A stretch of DNA of 64,000 bases. Source: Nibricoccus sp. (lineage in GTDB: Bacteria; Verrucomicrobiota; Verrucomicrobiia; Opitutales; Opitutaceae). A program made the position numbers and the translations under genes. The stretch is taken from the NCBI GenBank assembly GCA_047602425.1, contig JASGHG010000001.1, forward strand, positions 2,976,001 to 3,040,000. The letters run 5' to 3'. Below, one piece after another: positions 17,864 through 27,735 of this stretch. Each line of letters starts with the position of its first letter. The first letter of the stretch is position 1. The notes under the pieces are model-generated. The model was not told where the DNA came from. It saw nothing but the letters and a program-made list of their open reading frames with translations, and made no database searches.

Positions 17864-19288
17864 ATGGAAAACGTACCCCCTCGATCCGAGATTGCTCCAC
17901 CTGAACCTGAACGCGCGCAGGAGCCTGTTGCCGGCGTTTTGACCCGCTCCACGTTTCGTCTCGATTGGATTTTTTATGTGCTGATTGCGGCCGGTTGCAT
18001 CCTTCGGATGACTGAGGTCTTTCGGCATAACCCGCTCGATCATCTTTGGAGCGATCCCATGCGGCACTGGGAACATGCCAGCAAGCCATTGGAGCCATCG
18101 CCGATGTCCTTGTTCGATCCACCGGTTTATCAAGTCTGGCTGAGCATCGTGCAGCGTGTCACGATGGGAATACCAGCGTTGATCGCGGTGATCGTCGGTG
18201 CCCTGTCGATTGTTGGTCCTTGGTGCTGGTATCGGTTTTTGCGTGAAACAATCGCCTCACGGACATTCGCGCTGGCGGGGTGGGCGATTCTTGCACTGCT
18301 GCCCTCGTGGATCGGTATCTATAGCTATTTCATGACCGAGACACTGCTGATCCCGATGATCGGGCTGAGCTTGTGGATGACGCAACGCGCTCGGCGACGG
18401 AGGACGCTTTCAACCTTCTTGGCGATGGTTGTTGTATGGACATTAACGGGACTGACCCGGGGAATCACGATCCCTTGGGCTGGCGTGGCCTGCCTGCTTG
18501 TTTGGATCACGCATCCAAAAAAAATCAGCACGGCATTTTATTCCATAATAATACTCGCCGTCACCTTGGTCCCGCTCTCCATTCGCAATCATCATTTTGT
18601 TTATCTATGGCCGCCCTATGGCAACGGGTGGATAGCGAAGATTTATAGCGAGTCCGGCAAACGCGAAATCATGCTCCACTTCGAACGCGAGGGAGCCCGA
18701 TGGGTTTACGGCTTCACTTCTCCGATGGTGGACGAGCGGCCATTTGATTTCACCCAAGATTGGAAGAACACATTTCTTTCCTCTTTTGGCGAATGTCCCG
18801 ACTTTCTTAAATCCGACTGGAAATCAAGTCGTGAAGGAACCGTTACAGTAAACGTCGATTTTACGCACGGCACGCAGGATTGGAAAAACAGTTTGGAGAA
18901 AAATGCGATTCACGGCGCCGCCCGCTGGAAGATGCATTTGGAAAATCTCGTATTTATATTCTTCGGGAATTCGTGGCCCGATAACGATAATTCGGTATTT
19001 GTCTGCAGAATGTCCAACCTGTCGCGGTGGTTGTGGCTTCCGTTTTTCGTGGCGGTCGTTGCGATAGGCGCGGCTAGATGGAGAATCCTTCTGCGTTATC
19101 CTCTGCTTCCGCTGCTCATTGCCACCTGGCTTTTTTTCCAAGTCGGCATGTTGGTGTCCGGGAGCGAAGGCCGCTACCGGAAGCCCTTTGAGGGATTGCT
19201 GATCGCTCACGCGGTGATTTTGGCTGCGGCTATTTCTGAGAAGCGAAAATGCGCAGAGAAGCAGCCCGGCGCTCTTGAAACCGTATAA
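17864..19288 (+). CDS. polytopic membrane protein, GT-C (ArnT/PMT-like) glycosyltransferase candidate
   Basis: Many TM helices; WSD loop, PPVY, YFMTETL, C-terminal RY motif. Confidence 0.6.
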   Translation: MENVPPRSEIAPPEPERAQEPVAGVLTRSTFRLDWIFYVLIAAGCILRMTEVFRHNPLDHLWSDPMRHWEHASKPLEPSPMSLFDPPVYQVWLSIVQRVTMGIPALIAVIVGALSIVGPWCWYRFLRETIASRTFALAGWAILALLPSWIGIYSYFMTETLLIPMIGLSLWMTQRARRRRTLSTFLAMVVVWTLTGLTRGITIPWAGVACLLVWITHPKKISTAFYSIIILAVTLVPLSIRNHHFVYLWPPYGNGWIAKIYSESGKREIMLHFEREGARWVYGFTSPMVDERPFDFTQDWKNTFLSSFGECPDFLKSDWKSSREGTVTVNVDFTHGTQDWKNSLEKNAIHGAARWKMHLENLVFIFFGNSWPDNDNSVFVCRMSNLSRWLWLPFFVAVVAIGAARWRILLRYPLLPLLIATWLFFQVGMLVSGSEGRYRKPFEGLLIAHAVILAAAISEKRKCAEKQPGALETV

Positions 19289-19354
19289 AATTACCGCCGA
19301 ATCATCGCACCGTTGAGTGAGTATATAAACTCAGTCGCCCCGCGCTATATTGAA

Positions 19355-20065
19355 ATGACTACCCCCGAATTCGATTCATACTCGCAAGACTACGGAGCCG
19401 GGATGGAAGACCCGCTCAAAAAGGCGGCGGGCGCATCTGCCTACGCTTTCCTCGAGGCCAAAGTCCCGACCATCAGGCGTATTCTTTATAAAACCGACAT
19501 CCCTGCACTTTCGAATCCTGCGATTCGTTGGCTCGACTTTGGTTGTGGAGCGGGCGACTTCATCCACGTCATGAAGGCCCAGGGAATCCCGTGGCAATCT
19601 GAAGGCTGTGATATATCGACGGGCATGCTCGACGAAGGACGCAGACGGCATCCTTCGTTCGCTCAGAACCTATGGGAAATTTCGGCGGATTCATTTCCGA
19701 AGGCAAAATACGATATTATTACCGCGGTTTGTGTCTTTCATCATATTCCACCTTCGGCTTGGGCGGCGACGGTGGACATGCTCAAGCAAGCGCTGAAGCC
19801 GCTCGGCCAATTGATCATAATCGAGCATAATCCGTGGAATCCAATCACACGTCTATTGGTGAAACGTGCGCCGATTGATCAAAACGCCATCCTGCTTTCT
19901 TCTCGAAAAACAAAAAATCTTCTCGCGTCCGTTGGCCTTGTGAACGTGGCAAGCCGGCACTTCCTGTTTTTTCCCCCGCGCTTCAAATTCCTGCAGTTTC
20001 TTGAAGGGCTTTTTTCAAAGATTCCACTCGGAGGCCAATACGCAATCCGTGCGATAAACGGATAA
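19355..20065 (+). CDS. class I SAM-dependent methyltransferase
   Basis: LDFGCGAG, CVFHHI, EHNPWNP. Confidence 0.85.
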   Translation: MTTPEFDSYSQDYGAGMEDPLKKAAGASAYAFLEAKVPTIRRILYKTDIPALSNPAIRWLDFGCGAGDFIHVMKAQGIPWQSEGCDISTGMLDEGRRRHPSFAQNLWEISADSFPKAKYDIITAVCVFHHIPPSAWAATVDMLKQALKPLGQLIIIEHNPWNPITRLLVKRAPIDQNAILLSSRKTKNLLASVGLVNVASRHFLFFPPRFKFLQFLEGLFSKIPLGGQYAIRAING

Positions 20066-20072
20066 ACCCTGT

Positions 20073-21053
20073 TCAGCGTGCCGATGGCGGCTTGTTCGTC
20101 ATTTGGGTATCGTCTTGCACGATATAGAGCGGGCGACGTTTAATTTCCTCGAAGATACGGCCAACATATTCGCCGATCACGCCGAGGCTCACCAGAATCA
20201 TGCCGCCGATGATGCCGAGGATCACGACGAGGCCTGTCCAGCCGGGTACGGTTGCTTGAAAGAAGTATTTTTCAACGATGGCAAAAATGCCATAGGCGCA
20301 CGCAAGCAGTGCGGTCAGAAATCCGCCCGCCGTGATCAGCTTGATGGGAAACGTCGAGAACGACAAAGCGGCATCCCACGCGAATCTCATCATTTTGAGC
20401 AGGGGATATTTGGTTTTTCCATGTAAGCGGGCATTGCGCTTGTAGCGAACCGCCACTTGGTGAAATCCCATCCAGGCAAACATGCCTCGCAAAAAACGAT
20501 GCTGCTCCGGCATTTTTAAAATGGCGTCGAGGCAGGAGCGCGAAACCAGGCGAAAATCTCCGGTATCTTCGGGGAGATCTTTGTGAACGAAGCGCCGCAT
20601 GATCCGATAAAATACCCACGCAGTTGTTCGCTTGAAAAAGGTTTCTCCCTCCCGCTCGGCTCGCTGTCCATAGACGACATCGTAGCCCTCGCGATAACGA
20701 AGGAGCATCTCGTCCACGACCTCCAGCGGATCTTGAAGATCGGCATCCATGATCACAACGGCGTCGCCCTTCGCGAGAGCCAAACCAGCAGAAACCGCCA
20801 TCTGGTGGCCGAAATTTCTGCTGAAGGAAACGCCGTGAACGCGTGCGTCCTCTTTGGCCCATTCTTGAATTAACCGGTAGGAATCGTCGCGGGAACCATC
20901 GTCCACCAGGATGAATTCCGCGGCCCCGGGATTTTTTTCCTGCCACTCGTTTAGCGCGTTGCGCAGGTGAGGGAGACTTTCTGATTCGTTGAAAACCGGG
21001 AAAACAAAACTAAGGAGTTGCGGGGTCGTGCGTGGTTGAAGCGGCGCGCTCAT
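20073..21053 (-). CDS. GT2 polyprenol-phosphate glycosyltransferase (GtrB-like)
   Basis: PVFNE, VDDGSRD, SRNFGHQ, MDADLQDP, GDFRL, two C-terminal TMs, GEYVGRIFEE. Confidence 0.9.
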   Translation of the reverse strand: MSAPLQPRTTPQLLSFVFPVFNESESLPHLRNALNEWQEKNPGAAEFILVDDGSRDDSYRLIQEWAKEDARVHGVSFSRNFGHQMAVSAGLALAKGDAVVIMDADLQDPLEVVDEMLLRYREGYDVVYGQRAEREGETFFKRTTAWVFYRIMRRFVHKDLPEDTGDFRLVSRSCLDAILKMPEQHRFLRGMFAWMGFHQVAVRYKRNARLHGKTKYPLLKMMRFAWDAALSFSTFPIKLITAGGFLTALLACAYGIFAIVEKYFFQATVPGWTGLVVILGIIGGMILVSLGVIGEYVGRIFEEIKRRPLYIVQDDTQMTNKPPSAR

Positions 21054-21415
21054 GCTGAGTGGGGTTTCGGAAGGTTCAGCTGGGGTTTGTATCTGGCCGA
21101 AATGAGGCTGTGATGCGAAGGTTTGAAATTGGGTGGAAGTTATTTTGGCCGCGAGAAGGATTTCAGCCAAAGAAACGGGGAAGTTTTTCTGCAACCATGA
21201 CGGAATGGATCGGGCGACGAGGGAAGGGCAATGCGGCGAAACTATAAGGGGTGGGATAACATGCCGATGTTCGGACTTTGCGCGGACGAGCTGCCGCGAA
21301 GAATCAGGATTTGTTGACGGGAAGAATTAACAGGAGGAAATGCAGCTTGCACTTCATGCGGACACCTGTCCGGATGCAAGCACGTCCCGCTTCCTTAGCT
21401 TTCCGTTGGTTTCCC

Positions 21416-22939
21416 ATGTCCTCCTCCGCCGGTTCATCCGCGAATAAATCGAATGCGTCGCTCGGTCGTCGCTCTTTTGTGAAAGGCCTTTCCCTCGCCG
21501 GCCTCGGCTTGGCGATGGGCGTGCAAACTGCGTCCGCCGCGAGCGCTTCAGCTTCAGACTCTGCGTCTACGCCCGTGACCCGTCGGCGTCGCTTCGCGAT
21601 TGTCGGCACTGGCCATCGCCGCGAAATGTTTCAGAACGCGATCGAGGTCGATTTCAAGGACACCGCCGAGTTGGTCGGCATTTGCGACAAAAACCCGGGC
21701 CGCATGAAGGTCATTCAGGAAATGGCGGCGATGCATGGCGCAAAAGTGCCGCCGGCTTACCTCGCCGCCGATTTTGACAAAATGCTCGCTGAGACGAAGC
21801 CCGACGTCGTCATCGTCACGACCGTCGACGCTTTCCATCACGAGTACCTCGTGCGGGCGATGAAGCAGGGTTACGACGTCATCACCGAGAAACCGATGAC
21901 GACGCGCGCGGACTCTTGTCAGCAGATTTTGGATACAACGGCGGAGACGGGTCGCAACTGCCGCGTTACTTTCAACTATCGCTATTCGCCGCCGCGCACG
22001 CAGGTGAAGGAAATCCTGATGAGCGGCGAGATTGGCGACATCCTTTCGGTGGATTTTCACTGGATGCTCAACACCTTTCACGGCGCCGACTATTTCCGCC
22101 GCTGGCATGGCCAGAAGCGCTTTTCAGGCGGCTTGATGGTGCACAAGGCCACGCATCATTTCGACCTGGTGAATTGGTGGTTGGGAGCGGTTCCTGTCAC
22201 GGTCTCCGCCGTGGGCAAGCGCGAATTTTATACGCCGGCCATGGCAAAACGCCTGGGACTTTCCGGGCATCATGAGCGCTGCCATACGTGCCCGGAAAAG
22301 AACAAGTGCGGTTTTGTGCTCGATTTGGAAAAATCGCCGCGCCTCAAACAACTGTATCTCGATCAGGAAAAGCATGACGGTTATTTCCGCGATCGCTGCG
22401 TGTTTCGTCCGGAGATCGACATCGAGGATACGATGAACGTCATCGTGCAATACGACACGGGCGCGACCCTCAGTTATTCGCTCAACGCCTTCAATTCCTG
22501 GGAAGGCTACACCATCGCATTCAACGGCACGAAAGGCCGGCTCGAACACACGATTGTGGAAAGCATCTACGTCAACGGCACCGACACCGTTCAGGGCGGC
22601 ATCAAACCCGGTGGCGTGACAACAAAAGTATTTCCGCTGCGTGGTCCGGTGCGCGAAGTCGAGCCATGGACCGGCACGGGCGGACACGGTGGCGGTGACA
22701 CCGTGATGTTGAGGGAAATTTTTGGCGCTGCGCCCGAGGCGGACAAATACCTGCGCGCCTCCAACGAACACGCTGGCGCCTATTCCTGCCTCGTCGGCAT
22801 TGCGGCCAACCGCTGCTTCGAGACGGGCCAGCCGGTGCGCATTGAAGATTTGGTGAAAGGCCTGAAAAAGCCGAACTACGCGCCCATGCCTAACCACGAA
22901 CAGTCATTGCCGATGCCCCCGGCTCAAAGAATTTCTTAG
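21416..22939 (+). CDS. Tat-exported Gfo/Idh/MocA oxidoreductase
   Basis: GRRSFVK twin-arginine signal; AIVGTG, EKPM, HKATHHFD, GHGGGD. Confidence 0.88.
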   Translation: MSSSAGSSANKSNASLGRRSFVKGLSLAGLGLAMGVQTASAASASASDSASTPVTRRRRFAIVGTGHRREMFQNAIEVDFKDTAELVGICDKNPGRMKVIQEMAAMHGAKVPPAYLAADFDKMLAETKPDVVIVTTVDAFHHEYLVRAMKQGYDVITEKPMTTRADSCQQILDTTAETGRNCRVTFNYRYSPPRTQVKEILMSGEIGDILSVDFHWMLNTFHGADYFRRWHGQKRFSGGLMVHKATHHFDLVNWWLGAVPVTVSAVGKREFYTPAMAKRLGLSGHHERCHTCPEKNKCGFVLDLEKSPRLKQLYLDQEKHDGYFRDRCVFRPEIDIEDTMNVIVQYDTGATLSYSLNAFNSWEGYTIAFNGTKGRLEHTIVESIYVNGTDTVQGGIKPGGVTTKVFPLRGPVREVEPWTGTGGHGGGDTVMLREIFGAAPEADKYLRASNEHAGAYSCLVGIAANRCFETGQPVRIEDLVKGLKKPNYAPMPNHEQSLPMPPAQRIS

Positions 22940-23011
22940 TGCCCCCAAAAAGCCGGCGCGCCGTTTTTTTGTGGGCGGCGCGCCGGTATTCATTTACGCC
23001 TTCGTTCACCC

Positions 23012-23728
23012 ATGCCATCGCGCGTTGTCCTGAAGGCCGTTTTATTCGCTCTGATTGTGTTTCCCGGTGGGGGCGCGATTTTCGGGGCAGGTAACGAAAA
23101 AACGAATACAAGAACTGCCTCTGTGCCCATGGCGTCGGCGGTTTGGAAGCTCGACGGCGTCTCAGACATCGGCGGCTTCAAGCCCGAGGTGCTCGGCTCT
23201 CCCCAAGTCGTCGAAGAGGACGGTTGCAAGGGACTGGTTTTCAACGGCCGCGACGATGGCTTGATCCTGCCGGTCAACCCGCTCGCAGGCTGGCCGCGTT
23301 TTACCATTGAAATATTAATCAAACCCGATCCGACCGGCGAGGAAGAGCAGCGGTTTATCCACATTCAGGATACGCAAGGCCGTCGCGCCATGGTCGAGAC
23401 GCGCATCACCCGCGACCGCCAATGGGTGCTCGATACTTATCTCCGCGCCACCCTGGATCACAACCGGACCTTGATCGACCGGACCAAAAAGCATCCGACC
23501 GGCCAGTGGCACTGGGTCGCCCTTGTCTACGACGGCGAAGTCATGACGAACTATATCAATGGAGTAAAAGAACTCGAAGGAGAGGTCCTAATGCCGCCGA
23601 TGACGGAAGGATCCATTTCCATCGGAGTGCGCCAAAACCGGGTTTACTGGTACAAAGGCGCCATTCGTGAGGTGCGTTTTACACGCGAGGCGCTCAAGCC
23701 GGCGTCGTTGCAACGCGTGGCTCGCTGA
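23012..23728 (+). CDS. exported LamG/concanavalin-A-like domain protein
   Basis: Signal peptide; WHWVALVYDG...YING, IREVRF. Confidence 0.8.
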   Translation: MPSRVVLKAVLFALIVFPGGGAIFGAGNEKTNTRTASVPMASAVWKLDGVSDIGGFKPEVLGSPQVVEEDGCKGLVFNGRDDGLILPVNPLAGWPRFTIEILIKPDPTGEEEQRFIHIQDTQGRRAMVETRITRDRQWVLDTYLRATLDHNRTLIDRTKKHPTGQWHWVALVYDGEVMTNYINGVKELEGEVLMPPMTEGSISIGVRQNRVYWYKGAIREVRFTREALKPASLQRVAR

Positions 23729-23790
23729 AGCGGCCGAACTTTGAGGGGAACGGCTTTGACCGTTCAGCCAGTTCTTATTTATCTTTCAGC

Positions 23791-24924
23791 ATGCGTCAGC
23801 GCGCGCTCCATGCATTCGTGGCCCTGGGCTTGAGTTGGCCGCTTGCCTTTTTCGCGGCCGACAACGTTCCGACTGCGAATGCGCCGACGCCAAAAGCCGT
23901 CCTGCGTGCCATGCACAAGGTCGGCCGCTGGCAGATGAGCCAGCCGATCAAGGAAAAACCGACAAGCTGGCCCATGGGCACCTTTTTCGCCGGGGTGTCG
24001 GCGCTCGCTGTCACGACGAAATCGGTCGAATACGAGCAGTGGTTGATCGACACCATCGACAAGGTCACAAGTTGGGAAATGGGACGCCACCGATACTACG
24101 CGGACGATCAATGTGTTGGCCAGGCCTACCTCGAACTCTACCTGCGCCACCGCGAGCCGCGCATGATCGCGGATATTAAAAAGCAATTCGATGCCATCTT
24201 GAGGCGGCCGCCCAATCACGGCCTTGAATTTCAAACGGATGTCGCGCGACGGGACGAGTGGTGCTGGTGTGACGCCTTGTTCATGGCTCCTCCGGTTTGG
24301 ATGCTCCTCTACGCGGCGACGGGCGACAAGGCTTACATGGAATTCGCCGTCGAACGCTGGTGGAAAACCTCCGACTATCTCTACGACAAGGAAGAGTCCT
24401 TGTATTTTCGCGACAACAGCTACTTCAAGTCACGCGAGCGCAACGGTCGCAAAATTTTTTGGAGCCGCGGAAATGGTTGGGTCATGGGAGGACTTGTGCG
24501 TGTGCTGCAATTTCTTCCCGCCGACCACCCGTCTCGTCCGCGTTTCGAGCAACAGTTTCGGGAAATGGCGGGAGCGTTGGTGAAATGCCAGCAACCCGAC
24601 GGACTCTGGCGCAGCAGCCTCCTTGATCCGGAAGACTATCCTATTCCCGAGACGAGCGGCACGGGATTTTATTGTTACGCGTTCGCCTATGGCGTGAACG
24701 AAGGAATTTTGCCAAGAGAACTTTATGAACCGGCCGCGATCAAAGCGTGGCAAGGCCTATTGGGTTGTGTGACGCCGCAGGGCAAACTCACCAACGTGCA
24801 ACCGGTCGGGGCGGATCCAGTGAAGTTCGACACATCCAACACCGAAGTCTATGGCGTCGGCGCCTTCCTTCTTGCCGGTAGCGAAATGTTCAAGTTGGCC
24901 GAGCGGATCGAGTCCGGGCAGTGA
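23791..24924 (+). CDS. GH105 (GH88/105) unsaturated uronyl hydrolase
   Basis: ADD, WCDALFMAPP, WSRGNGW, ETSGT, YGVGAFL. Confidence 0.88.
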   Translation: MRQRALHAFVALGLSWPLAFFAADNVPTANAPTPKAVLRAMHKVGRWQMSQPIKEKPTSWPMGTFFAGVSALAVTTKSVEYEQWLIDTIDKVTSWEMGRHRYYADDQCVGQAYLELYLRHREPRMIADIKKQFDAILRRPPNHGLEFQTDVARRDEWCWCDALFMAPPVWMLLYAATGDKAYMEFAVERWWKTSDYLYDKEESLYFRDNSYFKSRERNGRKIFWSRGNGWVMGGLVRVLQFLPADHPSRPRFEQQFREMAGALVKCQQPDGLWRSSLLDPEDYPIPETSGTGFYCYAFAYGVNEGILPRELYEPAAIKAWQGLLGCVTPQGKLTNVQPVGADPVKFDTSNTEVYGVGAFLLAGSEMFKLAERIESGQ

Positions 24925-24933
24925 CCGCCTCTG

Positions 24934-25782
24934 TCATTGGCCGAAGAGGCGTTGGAAATTTGCTGCGACCGTTGTGGCCAGCTCTTCGACTGTCACGCCA
25001 AGCAGCCCGGCCAGACCTGCATAAGCAGCTTCAATGTTGCCGGGATGATTAATGGTCTGGCCTCCGGGGGCCGGTGGAAGTTTGTAGGTGCGCCACGGTT
25101 GTGGAAGCGGCATGGCTGGGGCATCGGTCTCGACCAGGAGGCGGTCGCGCGGAACATGTTTGAAGGTTTCACGATGACGGGCGTGGCGGTCATCGAGAAA
25201 GGATCCATTGAAGGAAAAATACGCGCCGCGATCGGCGAGGCCGCGAATCATCTCAGCGGGGCCGGAGTACGCGTGAAGTAAGAACCCGCATGCAGGGAGG
25301 GCGGCAGTGCGAAGCACGTCATTGAGTGCACCCCATGCTTCCAGGCAATGGACCGTGGCAGGGCGATTAGCGCTGGCAGATAGTTCGAGTTGAGCGCGGA
25401 AAACTTCGATCTGTTCCTCCAGCGGCGCCCTGCGTAGTCCCGCCAGTCGCGGATCGTCGGGTTTGGCCCGGTCGAGAATCCAGCGGTCGAGCCCAATTTC
25501 GCCGATTCCGGCGCGAGGATGCTCGGCCAGGACCGTGGTGAGTTTTTCGATCCACGTGGGAGAACGATTGCCGACATCCCAAGGATGCAGGCCGAAGCTG
25601 GGTGCAATCCATGGATATTGTCGCGAAAGTTCGGATACACGCCCCCAATCGCTTTCACAGGTGCCGTTGACGACGGCGGAGCGCAGCCCGAGGGCGTTGA
25701 GTTGGCCTGCGATCTTCTCGAAATGCGGAGCGAGCCACTCGTCCTGCAGGTGATTGTGCGCATCGTAATAGGCGAGAGGCAT
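24934..25782 (-). CDS. tatD: TatD family hydrolase
   Basis: DAHNHL, GLHPW, GEIGLD, HC, LH, LLVETDAP. Confidence 0.88.
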   Translation of the reverse strand: MPLAYYDAHNHLQDEWLAPHFEKIAGQLNALGLRSAVVNGTCESDWGRVSELSRQYPWIAPSFGLHPWDVGNRSPTWIEKLTTVLAEHPRAGIGEIGLDRWILDRAKPDDPRLAGLRRAPLEEQIEVFRAQLELSASANRPATVHCLEAWGALNDVLRTAALPACGFLLHAYSGPAEMIRGLADRGAYFSFNGSFLDDRHARHRETFKHVPRDRLLVETDAPAMPLPQPWRTYKLPPAPGGQTINHPGNIEAAYAGLAGLLGVTVEELATTVAANFQRLFGQ

Positions 25783-25934
25783 GGTGAAAGTGAACGATAG
25801 TTAAAGTTCGCGGAAAAGCTGAAAGCCACCGTCGAAAAATGCGCGCGGGCAGTCCTCTCACCGCTCCCACGCTCACCTGTGACAAACGACCCAGCTACAC
25901 GCCTGTGCGGGGTTGGAGGCGGGCGGGACGGACA

Positions 25935-25975
25935 CCCAGAAAGTTTGTCATCTATTAGATGACAAACTTTCTGGG
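25935..25975. repeat. 41-bp perfect palindrome (copy 2 of the TTGTCATCTA-N-TAGATGACAA core)
   Basis: CCCAGAAAGTTTGTCATCTA-T-TAGATGACAAACTTTCTGGG. Confidence 0.8.
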
Positions 25976-26147
25976 ATTGATGGAACGGTCAGACCGTGTT
26001 CGGGAGCGGAGGGAGAGGGCTTCGACGAGAAGGTGAGGCGATGACGAGAGGCCGCGGGTTCGACGACGGGGACAGGCGCGGGCGGACGACGCGAGGAAGG
26101 GAGGAGGAGATGAGAGGCCGGGTTTTCAGCGGCCGGGGGCGGGACGG

Positions 26148-26579
26148 TCAGGCTAGGTTTTGTGCGGCGAGGGCGGTTCGAGCGAGGGTCTTGATGCGGG
26201 CGTGGACGGCGGCGACGCCGTTGCGGCGGGTGGGGGAAAGGTCGCGCAGGAGTTCAAGTTGGTCGATAAAGGTCGGTTCGGTCGCGAGGATTTCGGCGGG
26301 CGTCGCACCGGTGTAGGCTTCGCAAAGCAAGTTGACGAGGCCCTTGACCATAGGGGAATCGGTATCGGAGCGCAGGCTGAGCGTGCCGTTGGGTTGAAGT
26401 TCGCCAATGAGCCAGACGGCGGACTGACAGCCTGGGACGCGATGATTTTCGAGCCGTTCCGCAACAGTAAAAGGCGGGAGCCGGCGTGTCCGATCCACAA
26501 TGACCGCGAGTCGCTCATGGCGGTCGGGAATGAGACTGAGATCTTCGAAAAGTTGCCGGTGCCGGTCAGCGAGAGACAT
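26148..26579 (-). CDS. sufE: SufE family sulfur acceptor
   Basis: VPGCQSAVW, LSPTRRNG. Confidence 0.85.
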   Translation of the reverse strand: MSLADRHRQLFEDLSLIPDRHERLAVIVDRTRRLPPFTVAERLENHRVPGCQSAVWLIGELQPNGTLSLRSDTDSPMVKGLVNLLCEAYTGATPAEILATEPTFIDQLELLRDLSPTRRNGVAAVHARIKTLARTALAAQNLA

Positions 26580-26603
26580 GCTCGGGAGCACAGCGATATT
26601 CAG

Positions 26604-26647
26604 AAAAAACGCGAGCCGGCGTCGCGCATCAAGCAACGCCGGCTCGT
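26604..26647 (-). terminator. terminator-like hairpin after the NERD gene
   Basis: On the - strand CGAGCCGGCGTTGC...GCGACGCCGGCTCG followed by a T-run. Confidence 0.55.
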
Positions 26648-26669
26648 TAGTTCCCCTAAGCAATTCAGG

Positions 26670-27554
26670 TCAAAATTCTACGTCGCGGCAGCGGCTCTCG
26701 AGCTGTTTGGTGACCAAATCCACCTGTTCTTCGGTCAACATGGGCGTATTGCGGCTTACGACGGCGAGGATCTGTTTGGGATTTAGAACGCGAACGGTGT
26801 TGATCGCGTGTTCCTCGACCCACCAGCCCGGGAAAACAAGGATCGGTTGCACCGGGACCTGACGGCCGAGGACTTGGGCAATCCAGCTTTCGAGCCAGAT
26901 GGCGCGGTCGCGGGCGAACTCGAGGCCCTGAAAATCGTCACCCCATGGATAGACGAGTTTTTGTCCATCAAAGATAATCTTGTGCTCAGCGAAACCCGGA
27001 CGGGGAGTACCGCGGGTGCGTGCTTTAGTTTGAATGGCAAAAATTCCCGTCGAGCCCACGACGACGTGGTCGAGATGGAAAATTGGCTGGGCTTCGCTCG
27101 CGGGAACATTGTGGAAGACCTGAAAGCCTTTCATGCGCAGGGCTTCGACGGCTTCGCCGACTTCGCGTTCGCCAAAATAGCCGATGCGATATTCGTAGCG
27201 CTCGTCGAGGATTTTGATCAGCCACTTCGCGGCGAAGTAGAGCGCGGTCGCGAGCACGGCGAGCAGGAGGATCAGGCCGAGGGTTTGATAGGGACCGGCC
27301 AAACCACTGATAATCCACAAGCCAACCACCATCAACAGCAGCGGGATGAGCGCGGTGCCCGTCAAATGAAGGAGAAGCAGGTCGTCAAACGCGGAGAGCT
27401 TGCGGCGAAAGCTTTCACCGGGCGTGCGCAGAAGTTTTTCAACGACAGGGGAGCGTTCGTTGCGGCGTTTTACCCGCCACACCCAAATGCCACCGACAAC
27501 TCCGAAGTAGATCAGGATGTAGACCACCAAATACGCGAAACTTAGGGAATTCAT
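26670..27554 (-). CDS. membrane-anchored NERD (nuclease-related domain) protein
   Basis: Three TM helices, then G..GEREV, LDHVVVG..GIFAIQTK. Confidence 0.8.
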   Translation of the reverse strand: MNSLSFAYLVVYILIYFGVVGGIWVWRVKRRNERSPVVEKLLRTPGESFRRKLSAFDDLLLLHLTGTALIPLLLMVVGLWIISGLAGPYQTLGLILLLAVLATALYFAAKWLIKILDERYEYRIGYFGEREVGEAVEALRMKGFQVFHNVPASEAQPIFHLDHVVVGSTGIFAIQTKARTRGTPRPGFAEHKIIFDGQKLVYPWGDDFQGLEFARDRAIWLESWIAQVLGRQVPVQPILVFPGWWVEEHAINTVRVLNPKQILAVVSRNTPMLTEEQVDLVTKQLESRCRDVEF

Positions 27555-27735
27555 AGAGCGTTAAAGGGCTGGCAGTAACGTGCGAGGCTCCGCCGCCTGA
27601 GTCGAGGCAAGTGACGATAGCGGTGGGTTTTTCACCAGGCTTTGACGTTTCCCTGATAAGTTTTTGCCAAGCCGCATGGGCAATTCCCCCGCCGGGCGAA
27701 ACAACCGCCACCGCTATGCGAGAGTATCGTAAAAC

